Position numbers and translations under genes: made by a program
Notes under the pieces: model-generated
What the model saw: the letters and a program-made list of their open reading frames with translations, nothing else
Databases searched by the model: none
Told to the model about the DNA's origin: nothing
Origin: an uncultured Planctomycetia bacterium
GTDB taxonomy: Bacteria; Omnitrophota; Gorgyraeia; Tantalellales; Tantalellaceae
Direction: 5' to 3'
Assembly (NCBI GenBank): GCA_964572255.1
Contig: CAZNEE010000005.1
Location: 24,720 to 88,719 of the forward strand
DNA length: 64,000 bases
In this document: in pieces, positions 1 through 9,235 of the stretch
How the letters are laid out: every line of letters starts with the position of its first letter
Numbering within the stretch: position 1 is the stretch's first letter

Positions 1-1584
1 GTATTCCTCGAAAATCTGTATTATTTCATCGTATTCCAATTCTTCGCGTTCCAAAAGCTCTTTCGAAAACCTGTCGAGAACTTTCTTTTTTGCAGTTAAA
101 GTTTTTTCCACTTCTTTCATGCACTCATTCATTATCGAATTGGTGTCTTTATTAAGTGTTACTTTTATTTCCTCGGCAAGTTCTTCTTTGGGTACAGCAG
201 TATAATCGCCTACATACCCCGATTCCCCCATGCCGATCTGCCAAACCATGCCATGAGCTACCTTCATAGCTTTTTGAAAATCGCTTGAAACGCCTGTTGT
301 GGTTGTCCCGAATCTTATTTTTTCAGCCACATACCCTCCGAGAGAGATCATTATATCCGACATGAGCTGCTCTTTGCTTCTGTTATGAAGTTCTTCTTTC
401 TCGGGCGACCACACTACGCCTAACGTGCCCCTTCTCGGGATAATGCTCGCCTTGAAAACCGACTTTGAAGGCGCTTTCAGGAAAGTCACTATCAAGTGCC
501 CCGACTCATGATATGCTGTCATCTCTTTCTCTCCGGGCGTAACAGACAAGCGATGTTTTATCCCCAGATCCACGCGTTCAAACGCTTCGCTTATCTCTTT
601 CTGCCCTATTGCTTTCTTCTTATTTCTTGTTGCTATCAAAGCGGATTCTTTGACTATGTTCGCTATATCTGCGGGGCTTTTCCCAACCGCTCTTCGTGCG
701 AGCCTCCCCAGATCCAGCCCTTTTTCAGCTTTGACTTTGTTAAGATAAAACTTAAAAAGTTCCTCCCTGTCTTCTTGCGAAGGATTTGTGACGATGATCT
801 TTCTGTCAAACCGGCCCGGCCTAAGCAAAGCTTGGTCAAGATGTTCTTCAGGAGCATTGGTAGCTCCTATTACGACAATGTTCGATTCTTTTCCTTTAAG
901 GCCGTCCATTTCAGCAAGAACCTGGTTAAGTGTGCTATTGGTCTCCTGGCCGCCCATGAAACTGAATGTCCTCGACCTGCCGATAGCATCGATCTCGTCG
1001 ATAAAAAGTATGCATCCGCCGTATCCATATGCCAGATCACGCGCTTTTTTAAAGAGTTTCCGGACACGCGAAGCCCCGACTCCTACAAAAACTTCCACGA
1101 ATTCGCTGCCCGACATGGAAATAAAAGGCATGTCGGCTTCCGTGGCGATAGCTTTTGCCATGTATGTCTTCCCGCATCCCGGAGGTCCTAACATGAGAAG
1201 GCCTTTTACGACACTCCCCCCCATTTTTGTTACTCTCGCCCTATCCTTAATAAGCTGTACCACTTCGTTGGCTTCCTGCTTCGCTTCCTTCATCCCTATA
1301 ACGTCATCCCAAGTAATAGAAACGTCTTTACCTTTTATCGGAGCTTTATCCAGTTTTGCGAAACCGCCTCGCATGAACGTAAGATACATAAATACAAATA
1401 TCCCGGCGTGTATACCGGCCATGATAAACTGCACCGGCATCGTTGCAAGGGTCATTTTCCGGTAAAAAGATTCCAGAGACATCAGTCCTATCACCGAAAG
1501 TATTACAAGTATTACAACAACCGCGACAAGAATAACGATCGTTCTGTATTGCCTGAAGAACATACCGATTTTTCTGCTGATCAT
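1..1584 (-). CDS. ftsH: ATP-dependent zinc metalloprotease FtsH (C-terminus runs past the window start)
   Basis: Minus-strand translation gives two N-terminal TM helices, Walker A GPPGCGKT, SRH region and HEXXH zinc site (AYHESGH). ATG at 1584. The reading frame is still open at position 1. The periplasmic loop between the TMs is very short. Confidence 0.9.
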   Translation of the reverse strand, partial: MISRKIGMFFRQYRTIVILVAVVVILVILSVIGLMSLESFYRKMTLATMPVQFIMAGIHAGIFVFMYLTFMRGGFAKLDKAPIKGKDVSITWDDVIGMKEAKQEANEVVQLIKDRARVTKMGGSVVKGLLMLGPPGCGKTYMAKAIATEADMPFISMSGSEFVEVFVGVGASRVRKLFKKARDLAYGYGGCILFIDEIDAIGRSRTFSFMGGQETNSTLNQVLAEMDGLKGKESNIVVIGATNAPEEHLDQALLRPGRFDRKIIVTNPSQEDREELFKFYLNKVKAEKGLDLGRLARRAVGKSPADIANIVKESALIATRNKKKAIGQKEISEAFERVDLGIKHRLSVTPGEKEMTAYHESGHLIVTFLKAPSKSVFKASIIPRRGTLGVVWSPEKEELHNRSKEQLMSDIMISLGGYVAEKIRFGTTTTGVSSDFQKAMKVAHGMVWQIGMGESGYVGDYTAVPKEELAEEIKVTLNKDTNSIMNECMKEVEKTLTAKKKVLDRFSKELLEREELEYDEIIQIFEEY

Positions 1585-1596
1585 GATAGATCTCCT

Positions 1597-2436
1597 CTAC
1601 TTTAAAACTTTTTCCTGCTCTTCCAGTTCGGCTAAAGCTTTTTCCAGTTCATCTTTCTTGGGCGCTATGCCATGCCATTGGACTTTATTTTCAACAAAGG
1701 ATACCCCTTTGCCTTTAACCGTATGAGCGATTATAACCTGCGGTTTATCTTTTATCGACTGCGCTTGGTCAAACGCTTTATCGAGCGATTGGAAATCATG
1801 CCCGTCCGCTTCAATGGCATGCCATCCGAAATTTTCCCATTTTTTTCTGTAAGCTCCCTGCTCTTTTACTTCACAGCACCATCCGTCTATCTGCATCTTA
1901 TTAAAATCGATTATTCCGCAAAGGTTATCAAGTTTATAATGCGCGGCCGTCGCGGCTGCTTCCCACACTTGTCCCTCGTTTGTCTCACCATCACCCATAA
2001 GACAATATACACGTGATTTTATTTTATCCATCTTATCGGAAATCGCAAAACCTACAGCCACTGAAAGCCCCTGGCCGAGAGAACCGCTGGAGGTCTCAAT
2101 GCCCGGCAAACCCAGTTGAGGATGTCCTTGAAGGCGCGAACCGAGTTTCCTCAAGGTCCACAATTCTTCCCGCGGGAAAAACCCTTGATCTGCCAGAACC
2201 GCATACAAAGCAGGGCACCCGTGTCCCTTGGAAAGAATAAACTTATCGCGTTCTTTCCAATCGTGTTTTTTAGGATCGAACTTCATCTTTTGATAGTATA
2301 AAAAAACCAGTATTTCAACAATAGATAGCGACCCTCCGGTATGCCCGCTGCCCGCTTTCTCCAGCATCACGAGAATGTCTTTGCGCACGTCAATAGCTTT
2401 TCTTTTTAATTCCGTTACCTCTTTTATCTTCTTCAT
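1597..2436 (-). CDS. transketolase, N-terminal (TPP-binding) subunit of a split transketolase
   Basis: 279 aa with GHxG/TPP-binding motifs (SKGHGCPALYA, GDGETNEG) typical of the split Tkt N-subunit. No C-terminal subunit follows it. Confidence 0.85.
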   Translation of the reverse strand: MKKIKEVTELKRKAIDVRKDILVMLEKAGSGHTGGSLSIVEILVFLYYQKMKFDPKKHDWKERDKFILSKGHGCPALYAVLADQGFFPREELWTLRKLGSRLQGHPQLGLPGIETSSGSLGQGLSVAVGFAISDKMDKIKSRVYCLMGDGETNEGQVWEAAATAAHYKLDNLCGIIDFNKMQIDGWCCEVKEQGAYRKKWENFGWHAIEADGHDFQSLDKAFDQAQSIKDKPQVIIAHTVKGKGVSFVENKVQWHGIAPKKDELEKALAELEEQEKVLK

Positions 2437-2442
2437 CAGTTC

Positions 2443-3963
2443 TCACCTGTTTCTTCTGATCTTTTTTATTAAACTTTTATTTCCCGGATCGAGTTCCAGA
2501 GCTTTCTCCCATTCCTCGTAAGCTTTTTCCCCTTCCCCGATCGCCTGATAAGTATCTCCAAGATGTTCCCGCACGATCGGATCGTCAGGCATCAATTCAA
2601 CAGCTCGTTTCAGTTCATTAAGAGCTTCATTATACATCCCTTTTTTAAAATACGCCCAGCCGAGACTATCGACATAAGCCCCGTTGTCAGGATCTTTCTC
2701 TAACGCCTTTTGTATAAGCATTACAGCGCGGTCAAGATCTTTGTTTTCTTCTATATATAAATATCCGAGGTAGTTATACGCTTCAGGTAATTTATCTGTC
2801 TCTGAAACAAGTTTCTCCAGAATCCCTATGGCTTTTCCCCGCTCCCCTGACCTTTCAAGGGCCGAAGCCAGATAAAAAAGATATAAATTATTTTCAGGCT
2901 CTTTATCAACGGCGATCCTGTAATATTCAACCGCCTTCGGGTAATCCTTCTCTATCACCGCTAAATACCCTAATCCCGCGTAAACAAACGGGCCCGATAT
3001 GCCGTTCTTCAAAGCTTCAAGCAGAATGGTTTCAGCTTCAGCGTATCTTCTCTCGGCAATATAGATACTGAAGGCCCTGAGATACGGCGCGGGAAAATTT
3101 ACGTCCAGCCGCATCAAGATCCGGTTTTGCTCGATAGCTTTTTCAGTTTCACCTAACTTGTAATATAGCTGCCCTAATCTTATATAAGCTTCTCTATTCA
3201 GAGGATCGACTTCCGCGATTTTCTCATACTGTTTGATCGCTTCCTCGAAATCCCCTTCTATCTCAAAGATAAAACCCAATACCATCTGAGCTTCAAGAAA
3301 GCTCTTATCCTGTTCTATGGCTTTCTGCAGGTTTTCTTTAGCTTTATCAAGATCTTGTAATTTACTGTATATAAGCCCAAGGTTAAAATAAAGAAACGCA
3401 TCGTTTCTTCTTATGCTTAAGATCTTCTCATAAACTTCAGCAGCTTTATCAAGTTTGCGCTGGATAATAAAGAGGTCCGCCAGAAAAGTCAGCACCTTAA
3501 GGTTTTCCGGATCGTGCTTAAGAGCCTCTTCGTATAATTCCTGGGCTTTCTCGTAATTACCCTGGGCAGTATTCACCACCGCCAGAAGGCCGTATGGCGT
3601 GACATTTTCGGGATCTATCTCAAGTGCCCTGTTCAAAGAACTGATCGCATTGTCGACATCGCCTTTTATAAGCAGATCCGCTCCGAGCCTGGCATGAATC
3701 TCACTTACATTCTCATCAAAGGAAACAGCTTTTTCGTACTCCGATATGGCCCGGGAGGTTTCTCCGAAATTATCGTAAATAGAGCCCATCACATAATGAG
3801 CAAGCGTATTTGATTGTGTTTTTACCGCAGGATCTTCCGCAATGGTTTTATCGATCTTTTCTCCTTCCAGTGCCGAAAGGGAAAGCGCTCCGATAGGATT
3901 ATTGCACAAAAGAAAACCAAGAAAAATAACAGCACAAAAGGAAGCAATACGTAAAATCGTCAT
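2443..3963 (-). CDS. TPR-repeat lipoprotein/secreted protein
   Basis: 506 aa with signal peptide and lipobox-like LLC, then more than 10 tandem TPR-like 34-aa repeats (A/Y/L periodicity). Confidence 0.8.
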   Translation of the reverse strand: MTILRIASFCAVIFLGFLLCNNPIGALSLSALEGEKIDKTIAEDPAVKTQSNTLAHYVMGSIYDNFGETSRAISEYEKAVSFDENVSEIHARLGADLLIKGDVDNAISSLNRALEIDPENVTPYGLLAVVNTAQGNYEKAQELYEEALKHDPENLKVLTFLADLFIIQRKLDKAAEVYEKILSIRRNDAFLYFNLGLIYSKLQDLDKAKENLQKAIEQDKSFLEAQMVLGFIFEIEGDFEEAIKQYEKIAEVDPLNREAYIRLGQLYYKLGETEKAIEQNRILMRLDVNFPAPYLRAFSIYIAERRYAEAETILLEALKNGISGPFVYAGLGYLAVIEKDYPKAVEYYRIAVDKEPENNLYLFYLASALERSGERGKAIGILEKLVSETDKLPEAYNYLGYLYIEENKDLDRAVMLIQKALEKDPDNGAYVDSLGWAYFKKGMYNEALNELKRAVELMPDDPIVREHLGDTYQAIGEGEKAYEEWEKALELDPGNKSLIKKIRRNR

Positions 3964-4055
3964 CTATCCCTCTTTTTGTGGCGGTCTCTTCTCATCCGTT
4001 TTTTTCTCTTGTGTCTTTTAACTTTTTTTATCTTTCTTTTCTTGCCGCAAGGCAT
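3960..4055 (-). CDS. 31-aa extremely basic small protein (MPCGKKRKIKKVKRHKRKKRMRRDRHKKRDR), translationally coupled to the TPR gene
   Basis: Not in the ORF track because it is under 60 aa. GGAGGTGA Shine-Dalgarno 8 nt upstream of ATG(4055). Its TGA stop overlaps the ATG of the downstream TPR gene as ATGA. It sits between hisG and the TPR gene in an otherwise tight operon. Confidence 0.45.
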   Translation of the reverse strand: MPCGKKRKIKKVKRHKRKKRMRRDRHKKRDR

Positions 4056-4073
4056 GTTCTTTTGTCACCTCCT

Positions 4074-4952
4074 TCAATATATTACCTTATTCAGCGGATA
4101 CTCGATGATCCCTTGTGCACCTGCTGCTTTAAGTTTCGGTATTAATCGCTTCACATCTTCCTCGTCTATGATAGTTTCTATGTCAACCCATTGGGCCCCA
4201 AAAAGCTGGGAAATAGTCGGGTTTTTCATGGAAGGCAGGATCCGAACTATTTTTTCCACATCCTTTTTCTTGGCGTTCATTTTGAGCCCGACTTTTCCTT
4301 CGGCCAATAATGCCCCTTTCAGCAGGAGCACGATCTGGTCGATCTTTTTTCTTTTCCGGGGATTCTTCCAGGCTGCGTCATTTGCGATAAACTGTGTAGT
4401 GGATTCGCAGATCGTTTCAATAATTCTTAGATCATTCGCTTTTAAACTTGATCCGGTTTCGGTAACCTCGACTATAGCGTCAACTCCAAGCTTTGGTTTG
4501 ATCTCCGTGGCGCCCCAGCTAAACTCAACTTCAGCGTTTACTTTTTTCTTCTTAAGATATTTTTTTGTGACTTTAACAAGTTCAGTAGCGATCCGTTTCC
4601 CTTTAAGGTCCTTGACGTTTCTTATCTTCGAGGAATTAGGCGCTGCGAGCACCCATCTGACAGGCCTCATGCTTTGTTTGGCATAAACCAGTTCCGCTAT
4701 TCTTTTTACCTTTGAGCCGTTCTCTTCTATCCAGTCATTCCCGGTTATGCCGCAATCGATCGTCCCGTCTTCCACATAACGCGACATTTCCTGGGCACGA
4801 AAAAGCACTACTTCGATCTGGTCGTCATCTATGGACGGAAAATAAGACCTGGCCGATGCCCTGATCTTAAACCCGGCCTTCTCGAATATTTTTATGGTAG
4901 TTTCCTGCAAACTGCCTTTTGGGATACCAAGTTTTAATTTATTCTTTTCCAT
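4074..4952 (-). CDS. hisG: ATP phosphoribosyltransferase, long form
   Basis: 292 aa. N-terminal [10 protein letters not shown] motif, PRPP-binding core and C-terminal regulatory domain. Confidence 0.9.
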   Translation of the reverse strand: MEKNKLKLGIPKGSLQETTIKIFEKAGFKIRASARSYFPSIDDDQIEVVLFRAQEMSRYVEDGTIDCGITGNDWIEENGSKVKRIAELVYAKQSMRPVRWVLAAPNSSKIRNVKDLKGKRIATELVKVTKKYLKKKKVNAEVEFSWGATEIKPKLGVDAIVEVTETGSSLKANDLRIIETICESTTQFIANDAAWKNPRKRKKIDQIVLLLKGALLAEGKVGLKMNAKKKDVEKIVRILPSMKNPTISQLFGAQWVDIETIIDEEDVKRLIPKLKAAGAQGIIEYPLNKVIY

Positions 4953-5161
4953 TATCCCGTCCTTTTAAATATTAATCAGAGATAAAGACACTCCACCCTT
5001 TTAGCTATTTATCAGCATAAGTATAACTTTACAGCTAACATATAATAACGGTGTAATTGTATATCAATACTATATTATAGTCAATAAAGAAAGCCCTTTT
5101 GCGGGCCCTGCCGCTCTTTGCCGAAGCTGTTTATACTGTTTTTCGTAAAGACTTTTAATCA

Positions 5162-5548
5162 TTATTTTTTGGTGATTTTCGGGGCGTATTGTTCCTTGCC
5201 CCTAAGGTACCTTACGATGAGAATATATGATACGACTGTAGCGCTTATTGCCACAATGAAGCTCGTGACAGGGTTTTGGGTAAGATGATAATACGCAACA
5301 ATAGATGCCACGAAAGCAACTAAGGGTATGCCGTACAAAAAACAAAACACTTTCATCATCGAAGAGGAATCTATCTCTATTTCCACCTTATCCCCCTCTT
5401 GCAATTTAAGCGCGTTCTCGCCGTAGATCGTAAATTGCCTTGGCCCGGATGCTCCGCAAGATCTGCAGTCCTTACACTCCTTCCCCGGCACCGTCTGAAT
5501 GAGCGCTTTATTCTCCTCTTTTTTGATTACTATCCCTTTTTCTTTCAT
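5162..5548 (-). CDS. RseC/MucC-family protein (SoxR-reducing/sigma-E regulator-like)
   Basis: 128 aa. N-terminal Cys cluster (CKDCRSCGASG) followed by two TM helices, the architecture of PF04246. Confidence 0.65.
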   Translation of the reverse strand: MKEKGIVIKKEENKALIQTVPGKECKDCRSCGASGPRQFTIYGENALKLQEGDKVEIEIDSSSMMKVFCFLYGIPLVAFVASIVAYYHLTQNPVTSFIVAISATVVSYILIVRYLRGKEQYAPKITKK

Positions 5549-5574
5549 TATCCTGCTCTTTGTTATTTGAAAAT

Positions 5575-6573
5575 TTAACTGACTCTTATTTTATCGATCT
5601 TTTCTCTTCCTATAGGTTTTGCCTCCATAAGCTCTTTTTTTTTGCTGTTTTTCCAAAACTCGACTTTAATCTCGGGCTGTTTTTTTGCTTTGGAGTGGCT
5701 TATTACTAGTTCTGCTGCTTTTCCGATGTTTTCTTTTGTTGTCTTCCCCCTCAAAAGCCCGTAAGGCCCGGCCTCGTCCTTTAATCTTAAAATGATATCT
5801 TTTTTCTTTTTTAGAGAAACAATTTTTTTGTTATCTTCCTCATCACGCCCGATGATCACTCTAGTGGAATCATCCAGCCGGAAATGCCTTCCATATTTTA
5901 ATAATGTGATATTATCCTCTGAGAGCTCATCTCTTTTAATGAGATCTTTGACCTTCTTCGCAAAGGAAGGATATGTCAATAAACATCCTCCTGCCGGCGT
6001 GAAATATTTGTTTATTCCGTATTTTTTCGCAAGAGCAAGCTGTTTTTTTCTTGATCTTCCCTCTATGGCTAAAAGTTTTTCCCTTTTAACTATCCCTTTT
6101 TTCTCGGGTTCCGTTACATCCAATAGCTTCGCCGATAAAGGACGTAAAAGATGTCCCCCGAGCGAAGACTTTTTCTTTATTATGTTAAGCGCGTCCTTTC
6201 TTTGTGACATGGGCCTTTCTCCGAGGACTTCGCCAGTGATCACAAAATCGGCCTTTTTTTCTTCCATGACCCTCTTTGCCTCTTTAAGCATTAATATTTT
6301 ACAGTCGATACATGGATTTATATTGGCGCCGTATCCATAATGCGGATCTTTTAGAACAAGTAAGAATTTCTTTGATATATCTATTATCTTTACGGAAACT
6401 CCTATGTCTTTAGCGGATTCTTTTATCCTCTTTGTAAAAATTTCAGGGTCCCTCGACGCTGCTGACATGACAAATGCAACGCCAATAACATCAATGTTCT
6501 GCTCCATCATGATTTTTGCGGCAAGGAGGCTATCCAGTCCGCCTGATATGAGAGCAACTGCTTTATGCTTCAT
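5575..6573 (-). CDS. PP-loop superfamily ATP pyrophosphatase (ThiI/MnmA-like tRNA sulfurtransferase-like, no THUMP domain)
   Basis: SGGLDS PP-loop and NPCIDCK...GEVLGERPMSQ resembling the ThiI core. Likely start is MKHK at 6573 rather than the longer ORF start at 6621, giving an 11-nt overlap with rarA. Confidence 0.6.
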   Translation of the reverse strand: MKHKAVALISGGLDSLLAAKIMMEQNIDVIGVAFVMSAASRDPEIFTKRIKESAKDIGVSVKIIDISKKFLLVLKDPHYGYGANINPCIDCKILMLKEAKRVMEEKKADFVITGEVLGERPMSQRKDALNIIKKKSSLGGHLLRPLSAKLLDVTEPEKKGIVKREKLLAIEGRSRKKQLALAKKYGINKYFTPAGGCLLTYPSFAKKVKDLIKRDELSEDNITLLKYGRHFRLDDSTRVIIGRDEEDNKKIVSLKKKKDIILRLKDEAGPYGLLRGKTTKENIGKAAELVISHSKAKKQPEIKVEFWKNSKKKELMEAKPIGREKIDKIRVS

Positions 6574-7891
6574 GGTCCGTTTTCTTGAGTTTCTCCAGCC
6601 AGTCCTTGATCCTTTTCTCAAAACCGATCTCTGTCGGATAATAAAAAGTTTTTTTCTTCCTCATGTAATCCTGCTTAACGTAATGCCCTTCATATGAATG
6701 AGCGTATTTGTAATCATCGCCTCTTCCCAATTTCTTCGCACCCGGATAATTGGCGTCCTTTAGATGGTCCGGCACTTCCTGTGTTCTTTCTTCCGAAACT
6801 TCTTTTATGGCGGATTCAACAGCCATGTAAGCAGCATTGCTTTTCGGGGCGCAAGCTACATATATCGTTGCCTGGGCCAGAGGTATCCTTGCTTCGGGAA
6901 AACCGACAAAATCAGCCGCCTGCATTGCGGCGTTAGCGACAACAAGCGCCTGCGGATCAGCATTGCCGACATCCTCCGATGCGCATATGACAAGGCGCCT
7001 TGCAATGAATCTGGGGTCTTCGCCCGCTACAACCATTTTTGCAAGCCAGTAAAGCGCCGCATCCGGGTCGGAACCTCTCATGCTTTTTATATAAGCACTC
7101 GCGACATCATAATGAGCGTCGCCGTCTCTATCGTAAACTATGGCTTTTTTCTGGATGGATTCTTCGGCTTCTTTTAAAGTGATATTGATCTCTCCGCCTT
7201 TTCCCGGTTTAGTTGTAAGAGCGGCTACTTCCAACGCATTCAATGCTTTTCTCCCGTCGCCATCCGAAAGCTTAGCCAGATGCTGCAAGGCCTTTTCTTC
7301 TATTTTGATTTTTTTGTTCCCTACCCCATTTTCTTCATCTTTTAAGGCTCTCTCTAACATTAAAAATATATCTTTTTGACCCAGAGGTTTAAACTCAAAG
7401 ATCTGGCTTCTTGAAATAAGCGCTGAATTCACCGAAAAGAAAGGGTTTTCGGTTGTTGTCCCGATAAGGATGATATTGCCGTCTTCAACATCAGGCATCA
7501 AGACATCCTGCTGGGCTTTGTTGAACCGGTGGATCTCGTCCAGAAGAAGTATGGTTCTTTGTCCGTTCAAAAGTTTTTGTTTTTTTGCGGCTTCTATGAC
7601 TTCTCTGGTCTCTTTTACATTGCTTGATACGGCATTCTTTTTTACAAAACGTGATCCGGTCCTTTTGGATATGACAGTCGCGAGAGCGGTTTTTCCTATG
7701 CCCGGCGGGCCGTAAAAAATAAGCGAACTTATCCTGTCCGCCTCGATCGCCCTGCGCAGGAGTTTTCCTTCTCCGAGAATATGTTCCTGCCCGTAGAAAT
7801 CTTCCAGCCTTTGCGGGCACATCTTCGCCGCTAAAGGCATCTTTTTAGTATTGTGTGTTTCTTTTTCAAATAGATCCATTTTTGTAATCAT
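6563..7891 (-). CDS. rarA: replication-associated recombination protein A (AAA+ ATPase RarA/MgsA)
   Basis: 442 aa. GPPGIGKT Walker A, DEIHRFNKAQQD sensor/box and C-terminal MgsA domains. Confidence 0.9.
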   Translation of the reverse strand: MITKMDLFEKETHNTKKMPLAAKMCPQRLEDFYGQEHILGEGKLLRRAIEADRISSLIFYGPPGIGKTALATVISKRTGSRFVKKNAVSSNVKETREVIEAAKKQKLLNGQRTILLLDEIHRFNKAQQDVLMPDVEDGNIILIGTTTENPFFSVNSALISRSQIFEFKPLGQKDIFLMLERALKDEENGVGNKKIKIEEKALQHLAKLSDGDGRKALNALEVAALTTKPGKGGEINITLKEAEESIQKKAIVYDRDGDAHYDVASAYIKSMRGSDPDAALYWLAKMVVAGEDPRFIARRLVICASEDVGNADPQALVVANAAMQAADFVGFPEARIPLAQATIYVACAPKSNAAYMAVESAIKEVSEERTQEVPDHLKDANYPGAKKLGRGDDYKYAHSYEGHYVKQDYMRKKKTFYYPTEIGFEKRIKDWLEKLKKTDHEA

Positions 7892-7895
7892 CTTT

Positions 7896-8110
7896 TCTAA
7901 GTTAAAAGGGGCCGGAGTGAATCCGACCCCTTTATCCCCATCAAACCGTGAACAAGCGGAGAATTATTGGGCCTGGTAATCCAGGTGGGCACCCTCCTGA
8001 TATCCCCAAGGGAACATCAGAGCTAGGCTCCCAATATTTTGGTGTTGGCCAAAATTCTCTTGTGCCCGTTTACACGCATCCGACAGGGTCTACAACTTTA
8101 TTATATCACT
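7896..8110 (-). ncRNA. candidate structured ncRNA or leader: GC-rich multi-hairpin element ending in a terminator-like hairpin 15 nt before the rarA ATG
   Basis: About 200 nt, clearly more GC-rich than its AT-rich flanks. It has no ORF. Minus-strand folding gives a long-range closing stem (ACAAGAGAAUU / AAUUCUCCGCUUGU), four internal hairpins (CCAAAAUAUUGG; GAGCCUAGCUC; CUGAUGUUCCC-UUG-GGGAUAUCAG; CCUGGAUUACCAGG), and a 3' hairpin AGGGGUCGGAUUCACUCCGGCCCCU followed by UUUUAACUU. No confident match to SRP, 6S, tmRNA, RNase P, T-box or TPP consensus. Confidence 0.35.
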
Positions 8111-8167
8111 TTTCCACATCATGGAGAACTAAATTAAAATCATTTAGAACAAAAGGGTTAATTATAA

Positions 8168-9205
8168 TTAAAAAAAAATTTTTAACAAGCCTAAGATCCC
8201 CTGCTTCCACGGTACTCGATGGGAAATGCCTGTTTGGTTTTCAAAATTTTTCAGGTTTTCCAAATACCATTTAAAATTTCTTATAAGAGCGTCTTTATTG
8301 GAATGCTTTGGATCAAACCCGAGGACCTTTTCTGCTTTCTCGATCGAAACAAAAGAGTCTTCGCAGGCGGTCTCATAAACCCATTTGTAGAGCGGGGAAA
8401 GACGGAAAAACTCCAATATTCTCAAAGCCGTTATGGCGGGCCAAGCGGGAAAAGGCACGATTCTCTTTCCAAATCCGGCCTCATCAAGAACGGCCTGGTA
8501 ATCTTCTTTCATGGTAGTGAATTCTTTGGCGCCGATATTAAATGTATCGTTAACGATCCTTTTCTCTTTTGTCGCGCATAGATATATCGATTCCGAAAGG
8601 TCTTCGACATCTAAAAGCTGGTATCTGTTATTGCCGCTTCCTATCATGGGGAAATTTTTCCCATCTTTTGCCCAGTCATATAATAATGCGAATACCCCTA
8701 ATCTTTCCGGGCCAATAAAAGATTTGGGTCTTATTATCGGCACGCACATGCCTTTTTCCCGGTACTCCAGGCATACTTCTTCCGCCATAATTTTTGCTTC
8801 CCCGTAAGGGCCAACCCCATCCAGTTTATCATCTTCATAAAGCGGATGATGATCCGGGATGCCGTATACTGCTGTTGAAGAAACATGTATAAAACGATCA
8901 ACATTATTTTTATATGCTTCTTCCAATAAATTTTTCGTACCCTCAACATCGGTCGAAAAAATATCTTTCCTATTATATAAAGGAAGAGCCGCGGCGGTAT
9001 GTACCACAAGATCTACGTCTTTCATTGCCTGAATAGCCGCGTTCTTGTCTCTAATATCTCCTTTAATGAATTCAATCTTGTTCCTTTCAGGATAATCAAA
9101 GTCTGCCAGATCAAGGACTACAATATCATCTATCCCTTTAGTGAAAAAATGCCTGATAAGATTGACGCCTAAAAACCCTGATCCGCCGGTAATTAAAACT
9201 TTCAT
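8168..9205 (-). CDS. NAD-dependent epimerase/dehydratase (SDR family)
   Basis: 345 aa. N-terminal TGGSGFLG Rossmann motif, a YxxxK-like catalytic region, SDR extended fold. Confidence 0.85.
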   Translation of the reverse strand: MKVLITGGSGFLGVNLIRHFFTKGIDDIVVLDLADFDYPERNKIEFIKGDIRDKNAAIQAMKDVDLVVHTAAALPLYNRKDIFSTDVEGTKNLLEEAYKNNVDRFIHVSSTAVYGIPDHHPLYEDDKLDGVGPYGEAKIMAEEVCLEYREKGMCVPIIRPKSFIGPERLGVFALLYDWAKDGKNFPMIGSGNNRYQLLDVEDLSESIYLCATKEKRIVNDTFNIGAKEFTTMKEDYQAVLDEAGFGKRIVPFPAWPAITALRILEFFRLSPLYKWVYETACEDSFVSIEKAEKVLGFDPKHSNKDALIRNFKWYLENLKNFENQTGISHRVPWKQGILGLLKIFF

Positions 9206-9235
9206 AAATAGAAATTATTCCTTTCTTTTGTTTCC

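Noticed and set aside
3976-4686. 236-aa plus-strand ORF antisense to hisG
   Set aside because: It is an antisense frame with a low-complexity S/F/L-rich product, overlapping a well-supported hisG.
6574-6621. N-terminal extension MRKGSRTGWRNSRKRT of the PP-loop ATPase
   Set aside because: It overlaps the rarA coding end by 59 nt. The conserved PP-loop domain begins right after Met at 6573.
7896-8110. Assignment of the structured element to SRP RNA, 6S RNA, tmRNA, RNase P RNA, T-box or TPP riboswitch
   Set aside because: SRP RNA: no GGAA-capped domain IV with AGCAGC/GGAAG. T-box: the AGGGUG-like segment is 70 nt from the terminator and not at its 5' flank. TPP: no CUGAGA box. tmRNA/RNase P: too short. 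6S: not tested beyond noting a multi-branch rather than single long-hairpin fold. Kept only as an unclassified structured RNA.
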